Assembly (NCBI GenBank): GCA_964016885.1
Contig: OZ024746.1
Location: 58,218,001 to 58,282,000, forward strand
From: Eledone cirrhosa
Taxonomy: Eukaryota
Reading direction: 5' to 3'
Length of the DNA stretch: 64,000 nucleotides
The position numbers were made by a program, and so were the translations under genes. Position 1 is the first letter of the stretch, and the number at the start of each line of letters is the position of its first letter. The notes beneath the pieces were generated by a model that was given only the letters and a program-made list of their open reading frames with translations, had not been told where the DNA came from and searched no databases. Shown one piece after another: positions 35,301 to 51,553 of the stretch.

Positions 35301-35777
35301 GTGATGGGCAGGGTGATCCACTGGCACCTGTGCAAAGTAAACAATCTACCACATTCTGAGAAATGGTATGAGCATAGGCCAGAGGCGGTGATGGAGAACA
35401 ATCAGGTGAAGGTGCTGTGGGATTTTAGGATACAGACGGACAAAAAACTGGAACACAATAGACCTGACCTGGTGGTTGTGGACAAAGAAAAAAGATCGTG
35501 CCTGATTGTGGATGTGGCCTGCCCGTTCGACACGAGAGTGCAAGAGAAGGAGAGGGAGAAAATTAACCGATACCAGGACCTAAAGTGGGAGGTGAAAAGG
35601 ATTTGGAACTGCCATGAAGTCAAAGTGATCCCGATTGTCATAGGCGCACTGGGGACTATCTCCAAAAGTTTCCAGGGATGGTTAAAGAAAATCGGCCCCT
35701 TCACGCTTTTTGGAACGCTTCAAAAGGCATGCTTGCTTGGAACAGCAAGAACCCTCCGATACGTCCTGAATATCTGA
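32393..35777 (+). pseudogene. D1 ORF: N-terminal domain, RT, CCHC finger and restriction-like endonuclease; one frameshift at ~34480
   Basis: RTNWTKELN..MQCY N-terminus, WKSPGPDG, YRPITCL, GIFQGDSLSPLLF, FMDD; CRICGEREETVAHIVSEC, RHD, RPDLVVVD...DVACP...K..Y. Confidence 0.92.
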
Positions 35778-35884
35778 GGCTGCAGGTAGTGGCTTGATAT
35801 TCAATCCAACGGACTTTCCAGTTAACCAACATCAATGACTGAGATTCAAGGAATAACAATAACAATAATAATAATAATAATAAT

Positions 35885-38800
35885 GATTTCTTTAGTGGCC
35901 ACAAGGGCCGACATCAAGAAATACATTACAGACGTGCACAGGACGCTACAGGACGGTACAATGTGGGTTTTGCGCGTGTAAATATTTTTATTATTTATAT
36001 AAGAAAAGAAAAAAAAATAGACATAGAAACATATATATATAAACAATAAAAATGAAAATTGAAACAATGAAAAATTCCCCAATAGGGGGGAAACCTCCGA
36101 GGGTTACTCGTGGCGAAAACCTCACAAAAGACCACGGCCACTCTGACCACCAGTGCAAGCGCCCTCTCTCAATGTTTCCATTTCTCAAACTACAGACGTA
36201 TATTCAGAGTGGTCTCTTTCACTCGGACCATTCTCGCTACATTCACCCACCTTTCAACAAACTTGCTAGAAGGCAGAACTTTCCTCTCCACCCTGATTTT
36301 CCTCTTCAAGTGGAACTTGAAAAAGTTAATTAGGGATTTGCCGAAGAGGAAAGTGTCTGTCCTTAACACTTTTAACCTTGTCCAACACACAATATATTTC
36401 GTCATGGCCACCAGGCAGATGAAAACCGCCTGCGCTTCTTCCTCGAAGGAAGACGGCGAGACCATCTGCACAATGGACTCAGTCGACAACCGGATGAGTC
36501 CTACACGCGACAGTAACTGTTAGACATAACTCCACAAGTCAGCAATGCTCGGGCACTGAACGAGTGCGTGCACGGCGGTTTCGTCGCTATGCGAGCATCT
36601 CGCACAGGCTCGGCTGACGGCACTTCCGTGCCTGTAGAGCTTATCTCGAACCGGCAGCGCTCCCCGGTAGCACTGCCAGGCCAGAGATGTTTTATTTTTC
36701 TCCGGAAGAGAGCAAGCAGCTGATCCTCTTCGACGCCCAGGATCTCTCCGAGAATATCGTCGCTCTTCTCCTCCACTAGTCCTCTATAGAACGCCAAGGT
36801 GGATGTTCCACCGACACTGGTGCCCAGCTGGCAGAGGGCAGTGAGCGCCTGGAGACATTCCAGTTTCCAAGCGCTAAACCTCGGCCTTTTTCTGACCCAG
36901 GACTGCAGCTCCGTCAAGGAGACGAGCTGTGGGAAAACGTGCCTGGCGAACGGTGACCATCAAGGAAGCACCAGAGATGTCGCAGCCTCAGCGCATGTTT
37001 GCACATCATCAGCCATGGCATGCCCAGTCCTCCACGCAACGGGTGTTGACAGCAGATAGATCGTCTGATCATGGGAACGCATCCCTTTCACAAAAAGCGG
37101 AAAAGGAGGCACTCCATTTTGGTGAGAGTTGGGCTGGAGCAAGGGACGACGGTGAGGTGGTAGCAGATGACGGATGCGATGTACGGATTGCGCCACCTCC
37201 GCCCGGCTTTTCAGGGACAGCTTCCTCTCGGCCCATTTCTGGGTGAGGGAGACCACCCTGCTCGTCACCTCGTTCCAGTTTTTCTCCATCTGGAGGTCCG
37301 GTCCGAACCAGACCCCGAGCAATTTAACCGATCCGTCCGTCCAACACCCCACGACGCTGTCGGACGGCATGGACTTGCCTATCCAGGTGCCGAGCTGCAA
37401 GCCCACCGACTTTTCCTGGTTTATCTTACTTCTGTCACCGCTTCGTATTCCTTGAGAGCGGTGCCGAGCATCTGGACGTGTCTGGTGTTCGACACCACCA
37501 CGGTGACGTCATCAGCGTAAGCCGACTCGGATTTCCAGCATCCTAGTTCGCGCGGGTAGTCCCTCAACGTCACCAGTTTGTGCAGTAACGGCTCGAGAGC
37601 CAAACGTACAAGAGGGACGAGAGGGGACAACCCTGGCGGACTGAGCGCATGATGCTGAACCGCTGCGACAGGTGACAGTTCAGCCTCACAACTGAGCAGA
37701 TGTCGAAGTAAATTGCTGCGATCCAACCCCTGAAAACGGGCTCAAAACCGGCTGCCTCGAGGACCGCCGCCAGGTACCGATGGTCGACCCTATCGAATGC
37801 TTTGGATTGATCCAAGTTGATCCAGGCCCCACCCGTGCCAGGTTCTTTAACCACCCTCTCTATGATGTATCGCATGAGGTAGATGTTGTCGTGTATGGAA
37901 CTGTCCGGAATGGCACATGTCTGCGCCTCTCCCACCAGACCCTTTACGACAAGCGCCAACCTCGTTGCTAACACCTTGGTCAAAATCTTGAACTATGAGT
38001 TCAGAAGGGTTATGGGCCTGAAATTATCGATAACATCCCCCCTGTTCGGGTCTTTTCTTAGCAGCGCCACTGCTCCCCGGCTCACAAAACTGGGAATGCT
38101 CCCGTTCTACTACCAGTTGCAATAGACGTCTGCCAAGAGGTCACCGAACAAGTCTGGCATAAATGCATAAATCTCGTAGGGCAGACCATCCAGACCTGGC
38201 GACTTACTCCTTGTGAAGTTAGCCATCGCTTTCCGTATTTCACCGGCTGTTATTGGCTTTTCGCAACACTGTGCTGCGGTCGTGGAGAGCCGAGGCAGTC
38301 CGTCGAGGTATGCACTGAAGTCCATGCCCCGATCCGGGCCGCCGTCGCTACCGAACAGTTCAGCAAAGTGCTGCTGAAAAGCTTCACACATCCGCTCGGG
38401 TTCGAGCATCACGCACCCGTTTTGGTCAGACAAAGACCGAATTGTGGCTTTGTTGCCACGTTGCGCCTCTGCCACCCGGGCCCATCGACGGCTTTTGTCC
38501 CCTCGTGTTTCAGAGCACGCGCTCTAGCTCTGACAACGCAGCCGTCGTGTTTTGCGTTGAAGAATTGGTCGAGTGCCAATCTCGCCGCAAGCACGTCTGT
38601 TGCGATGCCTGTCCTAAACGCCTCTTCTAGATTTCTGACTAGCTCTCCCTCTACTCTATTTTCCTCTATCACTACTCCTTTGCTAAACCTAATCGACTCT
38701 ACTTTAATTGCCCTTTTCAGGGTGAACCACCACCTGTTTTTGACGACCGCTCCCGTCAACGCCCGCTTAACTAATACGCTAATCCGGTCTCTGTAGTCTT

Positions 38801-41800
38801 TGCGCGCCGGGAAAGACGCGTTCAGCTTAGTAACAAGGCCCTTGTCTATGAAGTCTGTCTATGTCGATCTCACAGATCACAAATTTGTGGTCTGTGTAGT
38901 CGACTATTTTAAATTGTGGACAACTTATACTAGCCTTATCTAATTCTCTGCAGAATACTCTATCGAGATACGATCTGGATGATCCGATGTGATTTGTCCA
39001 CATTGGCACATTCGGGTGATCCAGTCGATACCTGTCAGACAGTTCAAAACGTCTGAACATGTTGGTGAGGCTCTTGCACCCTCCTCCCCTATACACTAGC
39101 CCCACACAATCCCAGCGTGCATCCAAGATACCGTTCCAGTCGCCCACTAACACCAAAGAGCGGGACGTTCCAAGAAAGGTCTCTAGACGTCTGAAGAAAT
39201 CTGGCCGTCCTGCCTCTGATGGGGCGTAGACGGCTACTAGCCTGAAAGCATTGCCTTCGCTGCCGGTCACGTCCAGCACCACCGACTTACCTTCTGGGTC
39301 TGGGAATATGGCCCGTATCGAGAGATCCAAGCCTCTCCGAAAAAGGACGGCAACGCCTCCCCCCCCCCCCGATCCTGGACGGGTGGGAGACATCGTATAC
39401 AACGTAGCCGCCGAAGATCGGTGCGAAGGCTTGTGCTTCGGAGATTCTGGTTTTACTGATTGCCACCACATCTATGTTTAGTGACCTGAGGTCGTTGAGC
39501 AGGTGACCCTGCTTCCAAGATGACCCCAGACCACGTGCATTTATACTGCCTATTCTGAGTACGGCCCTATTGGATGAGAAACGGGGCAAGTGAGAAAAGG
39601 TCAATTACCTTGATCGTGTGGTGAAGGGACAGTAGAACCGTCCCTTTCGCTGGTCATGGGTGTTTCCAAGAGGATGTCAGTGTATAGCCTCTTGGCAACC
39701 GACCCCCTGAAGTCTCCAACTGCGTTGAGGAATTTTGGTTTAAAGATTTGTACTGTTCTATTGAGATTTCGATGATGCTTATGTATGTCGAGAGAGTTCT
39801 TGGTGCTGGTGAGGTGTAGTAGTTTTTTTCTCTGATGTATGTGTGCTGTTTTATATATTGTATGAGTTCTTTTTTTGCCATGTTTATGGTTGTGTACATT
39901 TTGGGGGGAGGGGTGATTTTGTTGCCGTTTTCTTCTTGTTGCTGTTTGGTGTGTGTGTCTTGTTGTGTTTGCGTTGTTGGTGATTTTGGTGATGCTGGTG
40001 GTGGTGTGGTTGTTGTTGTCAATGGTGCTTGTGGTGATGATGGTGGTGGTCTTGCTGCAAGTTTCCTTGCTGCCTTTACCCCTCTTTGTATGCCTTCGCT
40101 TTTGGAGGGTGAATCTAAGGTTTTTTTTCTTTTTTCTTTTTTTTTTGTGGCAGACCGTTTGCCACTTCACTCCTGCTTCAAACTCCATATCGGATTTGTG
40201 GCGTCTGGGAGGGGTATGTGCTCCACGGCTGTTGGTGGTGGTAGTGGAGCCCTCTTCGGCAATTTTGTTGCTGGTGTAGCTACTTCAAATGTAGCTATTG
40301 GTGTTGCCGCCACTGATGTGGCTGCTTTAGTTGTCCGTGGCCTTGGTACGGGTGCTACGGACGTTGCCCTCCTACTCACCGTGGAAGGGACTTCTTCGTT
40401 TGTTGCCTGCCATGCTCTTGGTAGCAGCGGACCAGGTATTGGAAGGAGAGAGGCCTTCTTCGCTGTCTTCTGCGGGCAAAAGGCCCTGAGGTGACCCTTC
40501 GATCCACAGAGATAACATTTTCGCCGTCTTCCTTCTACACTTATACGGAGTTGGAGTCCTTCCTCGATGTCTATGATATTGGGAATAGCGTCGATACATT
40601 CCTGGTCAGTTTGTATAAGCATTTGCATGCCTATACCTGACCAGTTCTCTATCCCTATTTTTTCTACTTGCAGCATGGTCGTCCTTTTCTCGATTCCAGC
40701 AAGGACAGACGCGGCCAGCCAAGGTATGGGCACGTCGGGTGGGTCCTGGGTCACTTTGACCCTCACAATTTTCTGCCCGCAGTAGGAGGGCACCAAGAAT
40801 ATCTTCTCACTCTTTAGGGTTTCCAAAGAGTGAAACTTTGCTTCCTGGCGGGTGGCGAAAAGTACGTCTACTGTGGCGTACTTTCTGCTTTGGGTGATGT
40901 GGGTTTTGCGTGCCCAAACGCACCCCAAGGCCTTTTGGATTTGAGCCTCCGTGGCTCTCTCCACCCGATGTGAGATTTTGCTTACGGTGCGGTATGTCAC
41001 CGTCCGTAGCTGCTGGTCCTTGAAAAAATCGAGTGGAGGTTTGAGGGAGACTCTATTGGCGCTTCTTGTCACCATGGCCCTTGCGACTGCCATCTCCTCC
41101 TCTGTGACTAACACTGTCTCGATATTTCGGGCGACACCTGCAAAATAAATGGTCCCTTTTTCAGCAGCACCAGTATTGCTGCCACTACTGGTCTTACTGG
41201 TGGTACTGAGATCGCTATTACAGGTATCGGTGTCATTGTTGTTGTTTTCGTTGGTACAGTTGTTGGTGTTCTTGTTGTTGTTTTCGTTGATACTGTTGCT
41301 GTTGTTACTGTTATTGTGTGTTGTTATTATTGTTGTTTTTGTTGATACTGTTCTTACTATTAATGTTGTTGTGGCTGTTGTTATAGTCATTGTTATTGTC
41401 GTTCTCAACCTTACCGCTTTATTTTTGTTATTGTCGTTCTCGACTTTACCGCTGTTATTTTTGTTGTTGCTGTTGTTATTGATGGTGTTGTTGTTGGTGT
41501 TGTTGGTGTTATTGTTGGTGTTGTTTGTGTTAGAAATATTTGTTAATTTTAAATCTGTAACAATCGTTTTTTCCTTTGTAATATTTTCGTTTATATTTAC
41601 CTCCGCTGGAACGCTGTCTTGTTGACATGCTGATAAAGTCTCCCTCTCTCTGTGTTGTCTGACAGCGCTCTCTCTCTGTTTCTTGTGATATCCATGTTGA
41701 AATTTTTTCAATAATAATATTCTTTTATTATTAGCCAAACACATTGAGAAAATATTATGACAGCACATGACCACAGAGGGCAGGAAAAATCGGTAAGATG

Positions 41801-41820
41801 TTGTTTTTTTGTGTTAAGGA
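35885..41820 (-). mobile_element. Older degenerate Tx1 copy T4 (ORF1 type C, related to type A)
   Basis: ORF2 fragments 36190-39604 colinear with T1; ORF1 fragments 39601-41695 with CYLCGSKGHLRAFC; 3' end CCTTGTGGCCACTAAAGAAATC(ATT)n; 5' boundary approximate. Confidence 0.9.
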
Positions 41821-42621
41821 GGAAACATAATGATGATGTCACAGGTGTGTGATAGAAGAATTTTGATAGACTATATATATACATATATATTAGAAAGTAA
41901 GGTTTTTTTTACAAAATGAAAAAAAAATACGAGGTGTCCTACACGAGTGAAAGTGTAAGGAAAAAAGATGAAATCGAAAAATATATATTTATTTAGTTCC
42001 TTTACCGGTTTCGCAATTATTCTGCTTTTCAAAAGTAGAATTGAGATGGAGGGTTTGTGGTTTTTCTCACGCATATATATATATATACAAATTAAAATTA
42101 AGAAGTAGATATAGAAGCCAGGACTATCCATCATCTGTAGTCTACTAGCCATCATAGGTATGTCTTTCACCCCCTCTGCTACTCACGCTCTCTCTCACTT
42201 CCTCCATCGTCCCACACCGTGCGAAATTCTTTCCTCACTTACTTTCGCACGGTTAAAATGTGTCTTTCGTCTTCTCGTCAATATTCGCCAGTTCTGATGA
42301 ATCATTGATCTGATGAATCATTGATTTGATTTTCTCATTTTTTCCTCTCTTTACGTAGCCTCACCATTCGTGTTTGTTCACCTGTCTATTTTTCTCCACC
42401 CAATTCTTTTTATCCCAATAACTTCTTTTAGTTATTGTTCGCGCTAACCTGAGGAATCAAAATGGTATTTAATGCGAAGAAATACCTATGATCGCTAATA
42501 GACCACGCATGATTGATAGTCCTGGCTTCTATTTCTAATTCTTCATTTTAATTTGTATATCTCATTTACAACATCACAGCACGCCATTTTTCATTATATA
42601 TATATATATATATATATATAT

Positions 42622-44771
<2,150 letters not shown>

Positions 44772-44909
44772 ACCGTTGCTCAATCAATGATAAAATTGCC
44801 AGCTAAATTAAATATAAGGATATAAAATATACAGGAGAGGAAGCCAATCCAAGCCAAACAGTGAGTGAGTTTTATTATTATATCTGTCAATATTATGACA
44901 ATATAACCC

Positions 44910-45094
44910 GGGTGGGGGATTGGCAGTATCAGTAGAGGGTCAGACGCCATGCTTTCCAGCATAGTTACGTCCCTTTACGATCTGAGTTCAAATCCCGCCG
45001 AGGTTGACTTTGCCTTTCATCCTTACGGGGTCGATAAAATAAAGTACCAGTAATGTACTGGGTAATTGCTGGCCTTGTGCCTAAAGTAGAAACA
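44910..45094 (+). mobile_element. SINE family A with 18-bp target-site duplication
   Basis: ATTATGACAATATAACCC at 44892-44909 and 45095-45112. Confidence 0.9.
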
Positions 45095-45316
45095 ATTATG
45101 ACAATATAACCCACCCCAAAATATAGCACAATTTATTAGATATACTGAGAAAACAAACATGTAAAATCTCAAACTTATTCTTATCTATAGTTTTCAAACC
45201 AGGTTCAGTACTAACTCTTGAATATTCCTCATCTCTGCCGGTTTGAATTTTGCCTTCCTCCATTGGTACTACATATCTCTCACCTATGTCTCCTGCAGTG
45301 TCAGTTATACCTCCAT

Positions 45317-45497
45317 TGGCAGGATCGGTAGAGGGTCGGACGCCATGGTTTGCAGCCAAGAGTTACGGCCCTTTATGGTCTGAGTTCAAATCCCGCTGAG
45401 GATAATGTTGCCTTTCATCCTTACGATGTCGATAAAATAAAGTACCAGTAATGCACCGGTTTAATTGCCGGCCTTGTCCCCAAAGTAGAAATAATTA
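45317..45497 (+). mobile_element. SINE family A
   Basis: TTGGCAGGATCGGTAGAG head to AGAAATAATTATT tail. Confidence 0.85.
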
Positions 45498-45511
45498 TTT
45501 TCACGATTTTA

Positions 45512-45685
45512 TGGGCGATGTATTGGCAGTATCGGTAAAGATTCGGACGGTATGCTTTGCAGCATAGAGTCACGGAGTTGAGATCCCACCGTGGTTAAGT
45601 TTGCATCCTTACGTGGTCGATAAAATAAAATACCAGTAATGCACTGGCATAATTGCTGGCCTGTGCCAAAAGTAGAGACAATTAT
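45512..45685 (+). mobile_element. SINE family A (with internal deletion)
   Basis: GGGCGATGTATTGGCAGTATCGG head to AGAGACAATTATT tail. Confidence 0.8.
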
Positions 45686-46458
45686 TTTCAGTATCTTCAT
45701 TATCCTTGTGTGTGCATATACGTACAATTATGTACACACTTTAACGCAAGTAACTCGGACACGGACACACACGTATATACGCACAAACACACACGTACAC
45801 ACATAGAAGTGCACGAAAATAATAAGATTTACACATAAAGATTGTAAACAAGCAAAATTAACATATTAATACACACATCTAAATATGCATATATATATAT
45901 AGAGATACACACACACCACCACACATACATCTGCACATACGCGCACATATATTAATCCACACATTCACTGGCAATACACACAAATACACATAAACTTGAA
46001 TAAACTCACATACACTGTGACCGTCTGCGACCTATATGCACGTAATCAAGTAAAAACACACACATATCCAGACAGAGACCCGGGCATACACATACACACC
46101 CATCTATACATATTCTCCCGCTATATGCATCAACACCCACACACATTTAATACCAAACGCACATCTGCATATGTACAAACACATATATTCACACATATAA
46201 CCGCACGCATACATACTCGTTAGCAATATACAGAAGCATACACAAACATATATACATTGAGATACAAATGGTACACACGAACACATACTTAGACTGATTA
46301 TTTCCAACACACTAACACGCACATACACACAGACCATAAAAGAGAAACTTACATACACCCAGCTTAATACATTTGCTTTTTACACACATTCACTAAGACA
46401 CACAAACAAATAAAACAGGCATATCACTTTTAATGATACACATGACGCATTGAACCAT

Positions 46459-46519
<61 letters not shown>

Positions 46520-46520
46520 A

Positions 46521-49500
46521 TTGGGATGGACACACGCGTATAACTTGCTGAGTAAGTTCTGTTTAAATTTCTATAGAAATTCTTGTCTGTTAACTTTAAT
46601 TTTTGTACTATTTTGTAGAGGGACTGCCAGGTCAAACTTTGATCTGGTCAGTCTCTCAAAATATTCTACGCCTTTAGGCGAAATAGTTAAACAAATGTTG
46701 AAAAGTTAATATTTTTTTAAATGGCTGAAGCTTCTTCACCAAAATTCAAAGGAGGAAAGGGGAAGATAAACTTACAGCTTCCCCCTGCCACTGTCACAGT
46801 AGCAGAGGTCAAGAAGAAAGGTCAGCCAGAGGAAGAATTTTCTCCAACTGTCAACCGACAACTTGACGTTTCCATGGCAACAACCCAAAGAACAAGCGGC
46901 ACCAGCAACAGCAACAACAACAACAATGCGACGGACGAAAACAACACCAATAACAATAACAACAACAACAAGACCAATAACCGTGACAACAACAACAATG
47001 ATAACAACAACACCACCAACGACAACAACAACACAAACAAAAAAAATGTCTCCTTCGCCGAGACGACAAGGAAAACCCTCGACTATCTGCCAGTAGATAT
47101 AACCAAAGCGAAGGAGCTACTGGCAGATGCCAAAAAATATATAGTGTACGGGGAAAATGGTTCATTCACAATCCATTCCCCGACGGAACTAAAAAGCCAG
47201 AGACTCCTAAACACTGTCATGTTTAGGACAATCTCGAATAAAAGTAAAAAACCAGCTCAACCATCACAGAGTGAGATAGAGCTGGTTTTAAAAGACGTCA
47301 TGAAGGACATCACCTTCATTCAGAAGGATAGACTCTACGGGAGTCTATCCATTCTCATGAAGGACAGGGACACAGCAGTGAAACTGTCCATCAAACCAAT
47401 CACATCCACCGCATACACCTTCTACCCTACGTACATGGGTAGAAGAACACAAAAAATAAAAATCCACACCATCCTGCCGATTATGGACATATGGTGGGTT
47501 TTGACAGGTTTCCTGGATCTGGAGGATGACATGCTGGTGTCCATGGGAAAGGCATCGGGTGACGCGTTCAGTGGAACGAGCCTCGAAATTGTAGTTCAAA
47601 TGAGGCCCGAAAGGATCGCCCCGATCCCTGAACGCGTCATACTGCATGATCTAACCTTCATCAACATTACCGTTGAGGGTAGGCGGCCCTCGTGTTACCT
47701 CTGTCCCCAACTTAATAAGAAAACCCCAATCCTGCCTACACCACCAACAACTGCACAACCAACACAATCACCACAACTACCACTACAAAAACAACCACCA
47801 CAGCTCAAACCAAAACAAAACAATGTCCAACCCATCCTCTCCACTCAAAAAACAAAAACAATTTCCAAAACACCCGCACCGCAAACACAACCCGAAAATA
47901 TTGCCCTCCCCATCCAACGCGGAAGATGACCCTAGTTCGTCGTCAGGCGAGGAGGAGCACTTCCACACAATCAAAAGAAAAAAAAGAAAACACGCCTCAG
48001 ACACACAAATGAAAACAACCCCTCCCCAAAACATAACACTGACACCAACACAAAAGAGCTCACAACAACAGCAAACAAAAAACACCACACAAAAACAAAA
48101 ACATGCAAACACATACATAAACACAAGAAACAAAAAACTGTTAAACATTGTGTACAACAACAATCTAGTAAAAACACAAGGGTCTAACTTCACCCAGGCA
48201 GGGGATTTCCCCCACCTCAAAATGATTAAGGCCCCACAGGACACCTCTAAATCTTTAAAAAACAATTTCAAGGAGGACGTGCGTCCCCCCTGCGTCGGGC
48301 CCATTAACCGCGTCCTCCTAAAAATCTACCCCACCCACTCCCCAAACACCCACACAACTCCAAACTCCCCAACCACACAACACACTGATGCCCCTACACT
48401 TCCACAAACCACCACCCCACCCAACAACCCATCCCCCACCCTAATGGAAATTGTGCAGCCCGATACCCGGGACGCAGAGAGGTAAGTGCCTTTTCTCTTC
48501 ACCACCAACATGGCTATGTTAAGAGTAGGCTGTTTAAATGCGCGTGGCCTGGGCTCAACTTGGAAGCAAGCAATGCTTCTAAATGACCTCAGGTCACAAC
48601 GTATAGATGTGATGGTTATTTGCGAGGCCCGGATCAGCAGCGTGCGACAGCTGGCCCCCACCTTTGATGACTTTGAGATGCACGCATCTCTCTGTCAGCC
48701 CGGAGGTGGGGGTGGAGTTGTCGTTCTGCTGCAAAAACATCTGGGTCTCGCAACACAGATGGTACATTTGGACCCGGAGGGTCGACTAGTGGTTCTGGAC
48801 CTTGGCAGTGGTAAAGGCGGAGCGTTTAGATTGGTAGCCGCCTACGGCCCTTTCGGGTCAATGCGGCCGGACTTCTTCCATCGTTGGAAACTTTTCTAGG
48901 GACGTCCCGCTCCTTGCTATTAGTGGGGGACTGGAATGGTATCCTAAATGCACGCTGGGACTACGTAGGGGCCTGTCCCGATAGAAAGGGGTGTAATAGC
49001 CTCAAAGGGTTAATCGGTCTATTTGACCTGGCCGATAGATATTGACTTGATTTTCCGACTGCGCCAACCTGGACTTGGGCAAATCGTAGCGGATCATCTA
49101 GGTCGTACCTAGATAGGTTATTAGTTAGAATTAAGGATAAGGACTTTTTAAGTTGTGGAAAAATGCGCATGGTTGGCTATTCAGACCACAAGTTAGTGAC
49201 CTGCATGATCAACCTTGACACAACTCAACCGGTTACTGGAAGCTCAACTTGTCCTTACCGGAAAGTAAGGCTTACAGGGTCCGGATTAGCACTTTAGTTA
49301 AGGAGCGGTTGACGGGCGCCATCGTCAACAGCAGGTGGTAAGGATCTCTCAAAAGAGAGATTAGAGTAGTCTCTATAGAATTTAGTAAGGAGTTAGCCTC
49401 AAATAGAAATAGGAAGGAAAGGGAGTTGGTAGATAGTGGAGAAGAGGCAATTAGAAGCGGCGACGTGGCCAGAGTGCTAGCGTCGAGAACGGCCCTGGGC

Positions 49501-51553
49501 CAGTTCTTCAACGCGAAACACGAAGGCTGCATCGTCCGAAGCAAAATACGTGCTCTGGGAAACGAGGGGACCAAAGCTGTTAGCTGCGCCCGCGTGACAG
49601 AAGCCAAAAGAGGGAGCAGATCCACTATCCGATCTTTGCGAGACCAGGTTGGACGGGTGATCCTTGAACCTAAGCAGATGTGCGAGGCTTTTCAAAAGCA
49701 CTTTGCCGGATTGTTCAGAAGGGGCCGGGGGCCGGTTGGGGATGTGGACTTCGGTCCATACCTCGACGGCCTGCCGCGTGTCTCGGACAGGGAGGCGAAG
49801 TCCTGCGAGGAGCCGATTTCAGCCGCTGAGATAGAGGACGTGCTGAGCCAATGCGGCAAACGCAAATCCCCAGGTCTCGATGGTCTTCCATACGAACTAT
49901 ATCTAGCTATGCCGGACTTGTTCCCCGATCTCCTCGAGGCGGTCTACTGCAACTGGCAACAGAACGGGAGAATTCCCTGTGCTGTGACCAAGGGCGTAGT
50001 CACGCTAGTGAGGAAGGACGATAACAAGGGGGACGATATAAATAATTTCAGGCCCATAGCTCTGCTAAATACAGAGTTACAGATTTTGGCCAAGGTGCTA
50101 GCAAAGAGGTTGGCGCTTGTCGTGGGCAACCTGGTGGCAGATGCGCAGACATGTGCTATCCCGTACAGGTCCATCCACGACAACCTCCACCTCACGCGAT
50201 ACATCATAGAGAGGGTTGGGAACGAACCCGGCTTTGGTGGGGCCCTGATCAACTTGGATCAATCTAAGGCATTCGATAGGGTTGACCATGGTTACCTGGA
50301 TGCGGTGTTAGCGGCGGCAGGCTTCGGACCCGTTTTCAGGGGCTGGATCAATGCCATGCACAGCAGCCGCATCTGCTCTAGGGTCAAGGTGAACGGCTAC
50401 CTCTCGGAGCCGTTCGAAATCGCGCGGTCCATCCGACAGGGGTGCCCTCTCTCCTCCCTTCTGTATGTAATGACTCTAGAGCCACTGCTGCGGAAGTTGG
50501 AGCTGTTGCAGGGCATCCTGTTGGAACCGGGATTGCGGAAAGCGGTGTCAGCCTACGCCGATGACGTAACAGTAATGGTGTCGACGGCCTCGGAAATCGG
50601 GGCGATCGGCACCTTACTGGAGGAGTACGAAAGGTTTACAGGGGCTAAGCTGAACCGGGACAAGTCGATCGGTCTGCAACTCGGCACGTGGAGGGGCAGA
50701 TCGATGCCCTCCGATGGCAAACTGGCCAACCTGTTCGGTAGGACATTCAGCCCGGGACCCATGGGTAACTTCCAGAGGTCCCTGGCCTGGCAATGCTACA
50801 GAAGGGCTCTGCCCGTTCGAGAAAGGCTCTACAGACACGGGCGCCCGGGTAGGGACCCCTCGAAAAAGATCTGTCCCAGATGCGTGTGCGACGAGGAAAC
50901 CGTTGCACACGCATTGGTACACTGCTCGAGCATTGCCGATCTGTGGGGCTATGTCGAACAACTGCTGTCAATGGTGGGACCGATCCGGTTGACCACCAAG
51001 TCTATTGTAACGATCAAGCCGCCCCCCCTCTTCAAAAACGAAGGAGAGGCGGTGTTTCTGTGCGTAATAGCCATGGCGAAAGAGGTTGTATGGTGGACGC
51101 GTCTGTAAGGACTGAGGTCAGACACCTTTCTCTCTGGCCAACAACTGGTCCGTTCTTCCGATATCATTTCGGAAGAAGGATCAGGATGGAGAGAGAGGTG
51201 CTGCACTCCAGCCGTTTTTATGAAAGATGGATGAAAGTGGCGAGAATGGCCCGTGTGAATGGGCCTTCACTCTACATCAGACTCTAGGTGAGGAAGATGA
51301 CAGACCAAGGGAGCACCCCTTCTCTGTGCTCCTGAGGAGAAGGGTTGCACGCTTTTTTTTCGGGGGTGTGTGCGACCCCCCAAGGCGCCTCCTCTCTATT
51401 GAGGACTTTGTTATAAATTTTATTTTTTGTTATATTTTATTTTATTTTTATATATTGTTATTGCCTCCTCCTTATTGAGGACGCCTTGTTTTGTAAACTC
51501 CCCCCATTGTACTTGTCCCACTTTTGATGCCCTGGTGGCAAATAAAAGAAACA
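46521..51553 (+). mobile_element. Divergent Tx1 copy T5 (ORF1 type D) flanked by (TATC)n
   Basis: ORF1 46721-48485 (frameshifted); ORF2 ~48510-51287 with APE/RT motifs, stops and an internal deletion at ~50715; AATAAA at 51541; (TATC)n at ~46460-46516 and from 51554. Confidence 0.92.

Larger units (their letters stand above)
30654..35851 (+). mobile_element. R4/Dong-like RLE-type retrotransposon copy D1 with ~1.7-kb upstream region
   Basis: Starts right after (AAT)24, ends in AATAAC(AAT)n; single RT-RLE ORF. Whether 30654-32200 belongs to the element is uncertain. Confidence 0.85.

Noticed and set aside
45096-45359. Possible host exon (also 63577-63700 and 7700-7900)
   Set aside because: Short, partly SINE or repeat derived, no recognisable domain or convincing splice pair
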